A DNA stretch of 63,990 nucleotides, counting the filler, from an uncultured Methanosarcinales archaeon (GTDB taxonomy: Archaea; Nanobdellota; Nanobdellia; Woesearchaeales; CAYPCY01): NCBI GenBank assembly GCA_964409385.1. It is 7 parts of 5 records of this genome, joined end to end, with 100 filler letters (N's around TTAATTAATTAA, not from the genome) between each part and the next. Parts side by side here need not be neighbours in the genome. Positions count along the whole stretch, not along the records: positions 32,382 to 62,248 come from CAYPCY010000006.1; 6 more parts are not named here. One strand, 5' to 3'. Numbering within the stretch: the stretch's first letter is position 1; each line of letters opens with the position of its first letter. The notes under the pieces were generated by a model. The model made no database searches. It worked only from the letters and a program-made list of their open reading frames with translations, and had not been told where the DNA came from. This document shows positions 41,351 to 50,725 of the stretch, piece after piece. A program made the position numbers and the translations under genes.

Positions 41351-43513
41351 CTATTCATTCTCTCCAAGACCCTTCCTTTGTCTAATCTTTTTTCTTAATG
41401 CATCCTGCATCTCATGTGGTACTCTTTCAAAAGTCTGATCTACAACGAATGAAAGACCCCTACCACCAGTAGCTGATCTTAATTCAGAGCTTAATCCAAA
41501 CATTTCAGCAACAGGAAGTTTTCCTTTTACAGTGATTTGAGTTCCTTCTTGTTTCATATCTAAAAGTTGACCTCTCTTATTACTTATTAGCTTAGAGATC
41601 TCCCCCATATACTCTTCAGGAGCATCAAATTGTAAAGTCTGTATAGGTTCAAAAAAGCAAGCTTTCGCATTACCTATAGCAGTTCTAATACCATCTCTTA
41701 CTGCAGGATATAACTGTGCAGGACCCCTGTGAATAGCATCTTCATGCAATTTAGCATCAGTCAATCTAACCTTAATTCCTAATGCTGGCTCTTGAGCCAA
41801 GGTTGACTTGTTCATCACATCCTCAAACATATCCATAACCATCTCAATAATCTCTCCAATATGAACAATACCCCTAGTATCATCAACTAGAATGTTACCG
41901 TTGAAAACATCCCTTACCTTTCTAGCTTGTTTCTTATCAAGACCACCAGCTTCTAACTCTGGAATAATGCCAAGATCTTTTTTCTTAACCCTTCCATCAT
42001 TAATTTTTCCTGATTTTATTGCTTCCCTAACACCCTCTTCTAAAGGTTCAACAGCAAAGTATAATTTGTTGTGCTTATTAGGACTCTTACCTTCAGCTTC
42101 AGGACTAACTGTATTAACAGTCTCTCTATAAACAACAATTGGCGGACTTGTTGAAACATCAACATTCTTCTCTTTAACAATTCTATTCTCAAGAACTTCA
42201 AGATGTAATTCTCCCATTCCACTAATTAAATGCTCCCCAGTCTCATTATTAATCTCAATCTTGATTGAAGGATCCTCCTTAGAAATTTGAGTTAATACTT
42301 CAATAAGTTTAGGAAGATCAGACGGCTTTTTAGCCTCAATAGCTTTAGTAATTACAGGCTCAAAAATATGACTTATTTTTTCAAAAGGTTCAACTCCTCC
42401 TTCAGAAACAGTCTCTCCAGGATAAGCACCTCTTAATCCAGACACTCCAATAATATTCCCAGCTGGTACATTGTCAACAATTTCTTTTTTAGCCCCGTTA
42501 TAAATGTAAACTTGTTGTGTTCTAACATTCTTTTTAGCAAGGCTTAAGTGAACATCAATTCCTTTCTTCATAGTTCCAGAAAATAATCTCCCAGTAGAAA
42601 TCTCACCAGCTTGAGGGTCAATAACAACCTTAGTAACTACAAAAGATAATTTTCCTGAAGGATTACATTCCAATAATGTTTTTCCAAATTCAGACTCTAT
42701 ATCACCATGCCAAATTTTAGGAATCCTATACTTTTGAGAATCTACAGGATTAGGATGATGTTTAATTACAGAATCAAGAACAACCTCATGTAATGGTGCT
42801 TTCTTTCTTAAACCCTTAATATCATCAGTTTCGTAAGCTTCAATAATCTCTTTGAAAGAAACATTATGCTTTTTCATGTAAGGAACTGACAAGCCCCAAT
42901 TATGAAATGCTGAACCAAAACATACACTACCATCATCGACTTTAACCTGCCAACCATTTTCAAACTCTTCAGGAGCAATATTTTTAATAAGTTTATTAAC
43001 TTCATTAATAATACCAACAAATTTTTGCTGCATAGCTTCGGGTGTTAATTTAACTTCTTTGATTAATCTATCAACTTTATTAATAAATAAAATTGGTTTA
43101 ACTCTTTCTCTTAAAGCTTGTTTCAAAACAGTTTCAGTCTGAGGCATAATACCTTCAACAGCACACACTAAAGTAATAGCTCCATCAACAGCCCGCATAG
43201 CTCTAGTAACATCACCACCAAAATCAACATGTCCTGGAGTATCTATTAAATTAATAAGAAATTCTTCAACACCAATATTATGAACCATTGATACTGATGC
43301 AGAATCAATAGTTATTCCCCTCTCTTGCTCATCTTCATGAAAGTCTAATTGTAATGCCTTACCAGCTAATTCTTCAGACATCATACCCGCGCCTGACAAT
43401 AAATTATCTGAAAATGTTGTTTTACCATGATCAATATGTGCACAAATAGCAATATTCCTAATATTTTTAGGTTTATTCATGATTGCCGTTACTCTATCTA
43501 CCATCTTTGCCAT
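41351..43513 (-). CDS. fusA: Elongation factor 2
   Basis: AHIDHGKTT, RGITI, DTPGHVDF, NKVD, GMGELHL, HEDAIHRG. Confidence 0.97.
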   Translation of the reverse strand: MAKMVDRVTAIMNKPKNIRNIAICAHIDHGKTTFSDNLLSGAGMMSEELAGKALQLDFHEDEQERGITIDSASVSMVHNIGVEEFLINLIDTPGHVDFGGDVTRAMRAVDGAITLVCAVEGIMPQTETVLKQALRERVKPILFINKVDRLIKEVKLTPEAMQQKFVGIINEVNKLIKNIAPEEFENGWQVKVDDGSVCFGSAFHNWGLSVPYMKKHNVSFKEIIEAYETDDIKGLRKKAPLHEVVLDSVIKHHPNPVDSQKYRIPKIWHGDIESEFGKTLLECNPSGKLSFVVTKVVIDPQAGEISTGRLFSGTMKKGIDVHLSLAKKNVRTQQVYIYNGAKKEIVDNVPAGNIIGVSGLRGAYPGETVSEGGVEPFEKISHIFEPVITKAIEAKKPSDLPKLIEVLTQISKEDPSIKIEINNETGEHLISGMGELHLEVLENRIVKEKNVDVSTSPPIVVYRETVNTVSPEAEGKSPNKHNKLYFAVEPLEEGVREAIKSGKINDGRVKKKDLGIIPELEAGGLDKKQARKVRDVFNGNILVDDTRGIVHIGEIIEMVMDMFEDVMNKSTLAQEPALGIKVRLTDAKLHEDAIHRGPAQLYPAVRDGIRTAIGNAKACFFEPIQTLQFDAPEEYMGEISKLISNKRGQLLDMKQEGTQITVKGKLPVAEMFGLSSELRSATGGRGLSFVVDQTFERVPHEMQDALRKKIRQRKGLGENE

Positions 43514-43520
43514 TTTTTAT

Positions 43521-44000
43521 TTACCTCGTATGAATTTCATGAACAGTCTTATAATTATGTAATTCCTCTAATGAAAACCATAATGAAACTTCCTTTTTTG
43601 CCTCTTCAGAATTTCCTGAAGCATGAATAATATTCTTTATTGCAATACCTTTCTTATCGGCATAAGAATAACTAACATGAGAATAATCCCCTCGTATAGT
43701 TCCAGGCAATGCTTCTTTTGGTTCTGTAGGGCCAACCATTTTTCTAACAATTTCAACAGAATGTACGCCTTCAAGTGCGATTGCAATAACAGGACCTTCA
43801 GTAATCATCCTTTCCAATCCAGGATAAAAATTTTTAGTTACATGTTCAGAATAATGCTTTTTTGAAAAATTCTTATCAACCCAAACCATCTTAATACCAG
43901 AAATTTTCAATCCTGCCTTTTCAAACCTTGAAATTACTTCACCAGATATCCCTCTCTGAACAGCATCAGGTTTTAACAAAATCAAAGTTCTCTCAATCAT
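43521..44000 (-). CDS. ndk: Nucleoside diphosphate kinase
   Basis: [26 protein letters not shown]. Confidence 0.95.
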   Translation of the reverse strand: MIERTLILLKPDAVQRGISGEVISRFEKAGLKISGIKMVWVDKNFSKKHYSEHVTKNFYPGLERMITEGPVIAIALEGVHSVEIVRKMVGPTEPKEALPGTIRGDYSHVSYSYADKKGIAIKNIIHASGNSEEAKKEVSLWFSLEELHNYKTVHEIHTR

Positions 44001-44167
44001 TTCTTGCTACCTTCTACAGTCCACTTAAAATTTCTAGGTTTTCTCTTTAACTTAAGAAAATTCTTCATACACTTAGAATTTTTGAAATATAATATTTTTC
44101 CATCCTTCTTTACAAACATAGTTCCAGTTCCTGGTTCTATCTTATCTCCTGAAAAGCTGCATTTCAA
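43997..44167 (-). CDS. rpl24e: 50S ribosomal protein L24e (56 aa, missed by the ORF track)
   Basis: TTG start; [50 protein letters not shown]; overlaps the S28e stop and ndk start. Confidence 0.9.
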   Translation of the reverse strand: MKCSFSGDKIEPGTGTMFVKKDGKILYFKNSKCMKNFLKLKRKPRNFKWTVEGSKK

Positions 44168-44424
44168 TTTCCTCTTCCTCCCCTATTTAATGCTTGTGCT
44201 TCAATTTCAGTTTCTCTAAGCATCAGAATATCGCCTAATTGTATAGGACCACGAACATTTCTTCTTAAAATTTTATTTTTATCCCTACCATCTAAAATTT
44301 TACACCTTACTTGAATAGCCTCTCCTCTAGTTCCAGTCCTACCAACTATTTCTTCAATACTAGCAGGGAATGCTCTAGTGAAAGTTAATCCTTCCCTCTT
44401 TTCAGGTTTTTTCTTTTCAGCCAT
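44164..44424 (-). CDS. rps28e: 30S ribosomal protein S28e
   Basis: GRTG..GE..QVRC.IL.G......RNVRGP...GDIL.L.ETE.EA. Confidence 0.93.
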   Translation of the reverse strand: MAEKKKPEKREGLTFTRAFPASIEEIVGRTGTRGEAIQVRCKILDGRDKNKILRRNVRGPIQLGDILMLRETEIEAQALNRGGRGN

Positions 44425-44426
44425 TT

Positions 44427-44729
44427 TTATTCGAATTCTTTAATAAGTTTTTTAGCGTCTCCTTCCTTAATTATTGCAACTGCAGAAGTTGATACTGGTA
44501 ATCCAGCAGCAGCACCTAATTGTTTTCTACTATCAACTTCAACGAAAGGAATCTTCTTTTCCTTAGCAATAATAGGTAAGTGCATAACAATCTCTTTAGG
44601 AGAAACATCACTAGCCGCAATTATTAACTTTGCAGTTCCTTTTTCTGCCATTTTAGTAACTTCATTAGTTCCTTTGGCAATTTTTCCAGTGTTCCTTGCA
44701 ATTTCAATAGCTTCGTAAGCTTTTTCCAT
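44427..44729 (-). CDS. rpl7ae: 50S ribosomal protein L7Ae
   Basis: KGTNEVTK..E.G.AKL...A.DV.P.EIV.HLP, LGAAAGL. Confidence 0.93.
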   Translation of the reverse strand: MEKAYEAIEIARNTGKIAKGTNEVTKMAEKGTAKLIIAASDVSPKEIVMHLPIIAKEKKIPFVEVDSRKQLGAAAGLPVSTSAVAIIKEGDAKKLIKEFE

Positions 44730-44735
44730 CTGAAT

Positions 44736-44785
44736 ACCTCCTGGGAGTTAAGAAAACATCCCTCAGCCATAATGACTTCATCAGT
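44736..44785 (-). promoter_or_regulatory. rpl7ae 5' leader with kink-turn-like motif and SD
   Basis: CU-GAU-GA-AGUCA-UUA-UGGCU-GA-GG, then GGAGGU SD. Confidence 0.6.
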
Positions 44786-44877
44786 AAACCCTGAAAAAAA
44801 GAGTTTGTTTATAAATTTTATGTTCATTCGAGATAAAAGGGCATAGTTTTATATAAATTAATAGATTCATTTTAGTA

Positions 44878-46008
44878 ATGACAACATATTCACATTCTAG
44901 AATTGGAACCTATAATAATTGTAAGAGACAATTTGCATTTAGATATTTAGAAAAGGCAAAGAAAGACTTTGACACTAGTGCAGAGGCGGCGGTCGGGACT
45001 GCAGTTCATACAGTACTTGAAGAATTATACAAGCAAGTAAAATTAGCAAGAGTTCCTGAATTTAAAGAATTACTAGATTATTTCCCGACAGCATGGAGTA
45101 ATTCTTGGAAGGGCAATGTTAAGATTGTAAAGGAAGGAACTGAACAAGACTATAAAAATAAGGCAGCAATATTTATTGAAAAATATTATAGGACGCATTA
45201 TCCTTTCAAACAAAATGTTGTTGGTATAGAAACAAGAATTCACCTGCCACTAACTGAAAAGCATTCAATGATTGGATTTATTGATCGTTTAGACTTGGAA
45301 AATGACAGTTTCATAATTCATGATTATAAAACAAGCTCATCACTACCTACACAATCACAAATTGATGATGATAAACAATTAGCATTGTATGCGTTAGCAA
45401 TAAGAAGACAACATCCAAATTCTAAAGTCAAACTGGTATGGCATTATTTAGCATTTGATAAAATATTAGAGAGTCAAAGAACTCCAGAGCAATTAGAAGA
45501 GTTAAAACAAGAATTAATTAAGAAGGTGGAGGAGATTGAAAATACTAAAGAATTCCCTCCTAATGTGACTAGACTTTGCGACTGGTGCCAATACAGGAGT
45601 TCATGCCCTGCATGGAAGCACGAATTCAAGATTGAAGAGGAAGAAATTAATGCTTTAGACGCTAAGAATTATGTTGATAAGTTGACAGAGTTGGATTTTC
45701 AAAAGAAAGAAATCAATAATAAGATAGAAGAATTAAAAGAAAAAATATTAAATTATGCCTTAAAAAATGATTATTCTGCAGTAATGGGAAGCGAGAAAAA
45801 AGCTAATTTAAGAGAAAAAATAACTTATTCATTAAATGAAGGTAAAGAGAAAGAATTATTTAAAGAATTAGAAAAGCAAGGTTTAAACTTTGAAATTTTC
45901 AAGCCTAACGTAATGTCACTAACTAAACATGTTAAAGAATTAAATCAGGAAACTAAAAACTTGCTTAAGAAGAAAACCAATGTTAATATTTCATTATCTA
46001 AATTATAA
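44878..46008 (+). CDS. PD-(D/E)XK nuclease, RecB/AddB/Cas4-like
   Basis: YSHSR...Y..C, G..VH..LE, G.IDR, DYKT, QL..Y, CDWC.Y...C. Confidence 0.85.
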   Translation: MTTYSHSRIGTYNNCKRQFAFRYLEKAKKDFDTSAEAAVGTAVHTVLEELYKQVKLARVPEFKELLDYFPTAWSNSWKGNVKIVKEGTEQDYKNKAAIFIEKYYRTHYPFKQNVVGIETRIHLPLTEKHSMIGFIDRLDLENDSFIIHDYKTSSSLPTQSQIDDDKQLALYALAIRRQHPNSKVKLVWHYLAFDKILESQRTPEQLEELKQELIKKVEEIENTKEFPPNVTRLCDWCQYRSSCPAWKHEFKIEEEEINALDAKNYVDKLTELDFQKKEINNKIEELKEKILNYALKNDYSAVMGSEKKANLREKITYSLNEGKEKELFKELEKQGLNFEIFKPNVMSLTKHVKELNQETKNLLKKKTNVNISLSKL

Positions 46009-46629
46009 CTCACAAAATTCTTTAGCCTTATCAATTTCATTAATGCTGAATTCTAACCAGGACTTTTTAGTAAAGTGAATACAAGAACTCTTACTATCCC
46101 ACAAGAAACTTCCTCCAAACCTAGGTTTTCCAGTCTGTATTATAATATCAGGAGTTACAAAGTAAGAACTGTAAATGCTTTCCTTGACGTTTTCAAGGTT
46201 CAACTCCTTTAAAGAAATCTTTCTTAACGCAATTTTTTTAATTAAAACCTTAATTGCGGAGAGTATTTCTTCATGGCCATCATACTTTACTAATAAATTA
46301 AGAAAGTTCTTATCGTGCATTTCAGTATTGTTCACTATCTCCTTTGCAAGATCAACAAAGTCTGAATCATACCATTGACCAATTATTGAAACCCTAGTTT
46401 GAACTGGAAGGTTTTCTTTAATGAACTTTAAAATTTCTTGAATTTGAGAATCATCCAAATTACTTAAATCAATACTTAAAACAGGAATATCATTTCTGGA
46501 TTGATAATTAATTAATTCATGAATAATACTAGTTTTTATTTCAGGAGTCTTATTAAGACTAATTAATAAATGATTAATAGTTGAGGAAGATTTAGAAATT
46601 AAGTTTTGAATCGCTTTTAAGGTGATCAT
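46003..46629 (-). CDS. Divergent cis-prenyltransferase (UppS)-like protein
   Basis: LN.L..YDG.EEI..AI, PDIII.TG..R...FLW.S......F....W.EF; no DGNRR motif. Confidence 0.65.
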   Translation of the reverse strand: MITLKAIQNLISKSSSTINHLLISLNKTPEIKTSIIHELINYQSRNDIPVLSIDLSNLDDSQIQEILKFIKENLPVQTRVSIIGQWYDSDFVDLAKEIVNNTEMHDKNFLNLLVKYDGHEEILSAIKVLIKKIALRKISLKELNLENVKESIYSSYFVTPDIIIQTGKPRFGGSFLWDSKSSCIHFTKKSWLEFSINEIDKAKEFCEL

Positions 46630-46680
46630 AATGATAGAAAGATAATAAAACTTATAAACCTAATTAGTAAATTTTAGAAC

Positions 46681-47481
46681 ATGAACAGTATTGCATTAGT
46701 TACTATTACTTTAGCTTCAATAGTTGATATTCAAAAGAGAGAAGTTCCCGACATTCTAAGTTATGGGTTGATCATTATTGGTTTTTTGCTTTCTATCTTA
46801 AGTTTTTCATTAGTTAGAGTGTTAGAGAGTATTTTTGGATTTGTAATTGCTTTTATTATAGGCTATTCAATGTATAAAACTAGACAATGGGGTGGGGGAG
46901 ATGCAAAACTACTAATGGGGCTTGGAAGTCTTCTTGGAATGAGCTGGAAAACAATAAGTTTCTTTCCAATATTAATAGTAAATATATTAATTGCAGGAGC
47001 AGTTTATGGAATTTGTTGGTTGATAGGACTCTTTATTAAACATTTTAAGAAGGCTAATTTAATATTGAAAAAAGAATTGGGTAAGAGAAGGAAAGAACGA
47101 ATTCTAGTTTTAGGAACTTCTTTATTGTTAATTTTAATTGCAGTCTTCAGTTCATTCACTCTATTATTCGCAGGCTTTGCACTTTTGATATTATTTTCAT
47201 TTTATGGCTTATTAATATCTAAAATAATAGAGGATATTGCATTCTATAAGAAAATAACTCCAAATGAATTAACAGAAGGAGATTGGATAGTAGAAAACAT
47301 AAAAATAGGAAAGGATACTATTAATAATAACAATCCAGGACTTACAAAGAAACAAATAGCCTTATTGAAGAAGAGAGGAAAGAAAGTATTGATTAAGGAA
47401 GGAATACCATTCGTTCCTAGTTTCTTATTCGGATATATACTAACACTAGTTTATGGAAGTTGGTTCTGGATTAGTTTCTAA
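46681..47481 (+). CDS. Prepilin/preflagellin peptidase (A24)
   Basis: DI..REVPD, GGGDAKLL, L.EGDW, IPFVPS. Confidence 0.85.
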   Translation: MNSIALVTITLASIVDIQKREVPDILSYGLIIIGFLLSILSFSLVRVLESIFGFVIAFIIGYSMYKTRQWGGGDAKLLMGLGSLLGMSWKTISFFPILIVNILIAGAVYGICWLIGLFIKHFKKANLILKKELGKRRKERILVLGTSLLLILIAVFSSFTLLFAGFALLILFSFYGLLISKIIEDIAFYKKITPNELTEGDWIVENIKIGKDTINNNNPGLTKKQIALLKKRGKKVLIKEGIPFVPSFLFGYILTLVYGSWFWISF

Positions 47482-47500
47482 ATAAAAATGATTTTTTTTA

Positions 47501-48136
47501 TTAAAATACTATTTTGATTTTTCTTTTTTCTGGTAATTTATTATAGATAATTATTGCTATAATAGAAGTCAATCCAGCAATTAATCCTGTAATTGTAAAA
47601 TTTAATCCTTTTGATATAAGCACAGCCATTGTTGGCAAGGCAATAAGCTCATAAATCCCAGCAAATAATGCAGTATTTCCTTCACTTATACTCTTTATTA
47701 CCACTCTTTTTTCTTTAATGACCTCTAACTTATTCTTTTGATTATTGTAAAACTTTAATATAATGTATAATGCTAAAGGAGTTGTTATTACACCAACTAT
47801 TGCATTTCCCAATATTATATTCATATTTTTTATCGGAGATATCAATGATTCAATAACGAAAAGAACAGCAAGAAATAATGAATTAAATAATGATGGAATA
47901 AATACATCTATTCTCTTATATTTTAAGTTTAGAAAATTAAGAACTAAGTTAATTATTGTAAGGGTTAAGAATGCAGTAAAGAATCCTATTAAAAGACCAC
48001 TTACGAACTTAAAAGATAATGCTTTCGTAGTTGTCATATCTACATTAATAATATCTATAAAGGATAAGGCAATCACTTCAAATAATATAAAGATTAAAAC
48101 AAATAAGTAACTGAATCTTTTAATAATTATTTGCAT
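47501..48136 (-). CDS. Polytopic membrane protein
   Basis: About six hydrophobic segments. Confidence 0.6.
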   Translation of the reverse strand: MQIIIKRFSYLFVLIFILFEVIALSFIDIINVDMTTTKALSFKFVSGLLIGFFTAFLTLTIINLVLNFLNLKYKRIDVFIPSLFNSLFLAVLFVIESLISPIKNMNIILGNAIVGVITTPLALYIILKFYNNQKNKLEVIKEKRVVIKSISEGNTALFAGIYELIALPTMAVLISKGLNFTITGLIAGLTSIIAIIIYNKLPEKRKIKIVF

Positions 48137-48206
48137 ATGAGCATAAATCGTTTTGGTTAATATAAATATATTACTTTAGTTGAAATTTTTTAAAATAATT
48201 CTATTG

Positions 48207-48664
48207 TTAAGGAACCCTCTTCAAACTCTTAACTAAATAATCATTAGATTCTTCTTTTTCTTCAGGTTTTTCTTCACTGACTTCCACTTCAGAACTTAAT
48301 GCATCACTTAATAATTTAGCGTCAGCGCCTTCCATTCAAGACTTAAACCATCCTTTTCAAACCTTGGAATTAATGAAATACTAAATTGAGGTTCTACCTG
48401 TCCAGCAGAAGTACCATTCCTAATAATAAAATTAGTACCTTGACATTTTAATTTTTCAAACAATACAATCGACAATTTATTAGCAGTAATGAATAATCTA
48501 GTAAGTTCCTCATCAGACAATTCCTCAAGAATCTTCTTTTGTTTTACAGGAATTATAGTTAATTGCCCCTTAACAACAGGATTCCTCTCAATAAGAACAG
48601 CAACTACTTCATCCTTGTAAATGATTGAATTATCATTCTTTTCTAACAATTCAAGATAACTCAT
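48207..48664 (-). CDS. HIT-like protein with degenerate motif, probable frameshift near 48330
   Basis: GQVEPQFSISLIPR; shifted frame continues EGADAKLLSDALSSEVEVSEEKPEEKEESNDYLVKSLKRVP*. Confidence 0.6.
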
Positions 48665-49137
48665 TTGTCAAACATCCCCGCAATCTTATCAAGATCAGCC
48701 TTTCCTTCTTGTTTAACTTCTTCCTTCTGTTCAGAACTTAAAATATTTTTTAGTTCAATAACCTCATCATCAGAAAGTTCCAAACTACTTTTTAAGTTAA
48801 GATCAATATCATCAGTTTCTCGCCTGGGAATCAGATGAAGCATGAAATGTGGAGCCTTCTGACCCGCAACAAAACCATTAGCAGCAAATATAGAAACTCC
48901 ATTAATCTTGTAAACTTTAAGAAGTAAAGAAGATAATTTCTTAGTAATCAAAGCCATCTGGGCAGTAATCTCGTCAGGAATTTGAGGCATTACCTGATGA
49001 TGCTCCTTAGTTAATAATAATAAATGACCCTCCGCGCCAGGATTAATATCAAGGACAACAATGAACTTATCATCCTCATAAACATTACTAGAAGGAACAT
49101 CCCCCTTCACAATACTACAAAATAAACAATCAGTCAT
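48661..49137 (-). CDS. HIT family protein
   Basis: DCLFCSIV.G, LDINP...GHLL, AGQKAPHFMLHLIPR. Confidence 0.85.
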   Translation of the reverse strand: MTDCLFCSIVKGDVPSSNVYEDDKFIVVLDINPGAEGHLLLLTKEHHQVMPQIPDEITAQMALITKKLSSLLLKVYKINGVSIFAANGFVAGQKAPHFMLHLIPRRETDDIDLNLKSSLELSDDEVIELKNILSSEQKEEVKQEGKADLDKIAGMFDK

Positions 49138-49214
49138 TATTCTAAAGTTAATGAAGAAATATAAAAAGCTTATTGATTGGATAAATTTAAATAGGAAACT
49201 CTTAATATCAGATT

Positions 49215-49604
49215 ATGGTAAAAATCTCTCCATTAGTAGCAACTTTCATATTCATTGGAATCTCAGTAGGTATTGGTGTTTTAATACTAAATCTGACAGT
49301 AAGTAATATAGGTACAGAATGTAAAAAGATAGAGTATAAACTAACAAGAAACTTTTGCGAACAAGATAATAAACTAATATTCAAAGTTGATAATAAAGGA
49401 ATACCACTAACAGGATTTAACCTATACATAGTATCCTCCAATTATGACTTGTATGTTGAAGAAATTCAAGGAGTTGAAAAAAGTAAAAATTATGCAATAT
49501 TACTTCCAATGAAAGGATATATTGAACTAGTACCACAAATAGGCGATAATAAACAATTATGCTCTTCAAAAAAACAAACTATTCAAACACTCACAAAATG
49601 TTAA
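49215..49604 (+). CDS. Pilin-like protein
   Basis: ISPLVATFIFIGISV resembles the archaeal pilin N-terminal helix. Confidence 0.55.
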   Translation: MVKISPLVATFIFIGISVGIGVLILNLTVSNIGTECKKIEYKLTRNFCEQDNKLIFKVDNKGIPLTGFNLYIVSSNYDLYVEEIQGVEKSKNYAILLPMKGYIELVPQIGDNKQLCSSKKQTIQTLTKC

Positions 49605-49987
49605 AGAAAGGATTAAGCCCGTTAATAACAACATTTGGATTAATAGCTGTAGCAGTAACCTTCGGAGTTTTAGTAATGAACATAAACTTTACAGGAAGTA
49701 CTTGTAACGGTGAAAAAATAGAATTTTTAAAAATTAATGATGTAACCTCAAGCTGTTTTGATGATGAAAATGTAAAGTCAATAATAAGAAATACTGGAGA
49801 TATAGTTATTAAAAGATATGAAATAATTCTGAACGAAAACAATTTCAAAATAGGAGGAGAACAACCCCCTGGCGAACTCAAACAATTTATTCTTCCAAAA
49901 CCTGAAGATTTTAACAAACTAACCATAATCCCAAATACTTGTGAAGAAGAAAAAATAACTACTTACTTATCCAGGTGTTTAACTTGA
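49598..49987 (+). CDS. Archaeal type IV pilin-like protein
   Basis: MLKKG|LSPLITTFGLIAVAV class III signal; IRNTG. Confidence 0.65.
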   Translation: MLKKGLSPLITTFGLIAVAVTFGVLVMNINFTGSTCNGEKIEFLKINDVTSSCFDDENVKSIIRNTGDIVIKRYEIILNENNFKIGGEQPPGELKQFILPKPEDFNKLTIIPNTCEEEKITTYLSRCLT

Positions 49988-50724
49988 GAATAATTATTGA
50001 TTATGAAAAAAGTCTTGAAGAAAATGCGTCTAAATATTATAACAAGTCAAAAAAAGCAAGGAATAAGATTGAAGGAACAGAACTTGCAATTTTAAAAGCT
50101 TCAAAAAGAAAAAAGAAAATAATAAAAGAAAAAATACCTATAAAGAGAGACTGGTATGAAAAGTTCAGATGGTTCATTAGTTCAGAAAACATACTAGTTA
50201 TAGGAGGTAGGGATGCTACAAGCAATGAAATAATAGTGAAAAAACATGCTGAAAAAGAAGATATTATATTACATACTGACATGGCAGGAAGTCCTTTCGT
50301 AATAATAAAAACAGAAGGCAAACCCTACAAAAAAACATTACAGGAAGCTACAGATTTTACAGCATCATACTCAAAAGCATGGAGTAAAGGAATGGTAATG
50401 TTAGAAGTCTTCCATGTAAAGCCAGAACAAGTAACAAAACAGGCAAAGTCAGGAGAACATTTGAAAAAAGGAGCATTCATGGTTTATGGAGAAACTAATT
50501 ATTTACAGGGGAATATCGGACTTAGTATTGGAAATTACAAAAATAAAGTAATGTCAGGACCAGAATCAGCAATAAAAAAACATTGTGAAAATTATATTAA
50601 TATAATTCCAGGAATAGAAAAAACTACTGATATAGCAAAAAAAGTAAAATATAAAATAAAAACAGACTTAGACGAAACAGTAAGGGTAATTCCTTCGGGA
50701 GGCTCTAAACTTAAAAGAGGTTGA
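49975..50724 (+). CDS. NFACT RNA-binding domain protein (short RqcH-like)
   Basis: ENA..YY.K.KK, WYEKFRWF.SS...VIGGRDA.SNE, H.D..GSP, QV.K....GE.L.KG.F. Confidence 0.8.
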   Translation: MFNLRIIIDYEKSLEENASKYYNKSKKARNKIEGTELAILKASKRKKKIIKEKIPIKRDWYEKFRWFISSENILVIGGRDATSNEIIVKKHAEKEDIILHTDMAGSPFVIIKTEGKPYKKTLQEATDFTASYSKAWSKGMVMLEVFHVKPEQVTKQAKSGEHLKKGAFMVYGETNYLQGNIGLSIGNYKNKVMSGPESAIKKHCENYINIIPGIEKTTDIAKKVKYKIKTDLDETVRVIPSGGSKLKRG

Positions 50725-50725
50725 T

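Noticed and set aside
41351..43513. EF-2 variant lacking the diphthamide site
   Set aside because: The HEDAIHRG motif is intact
44878..46008. CRISPR-Cas adaptation module
   Set aside because: No cas1, cas2 or true array in the window
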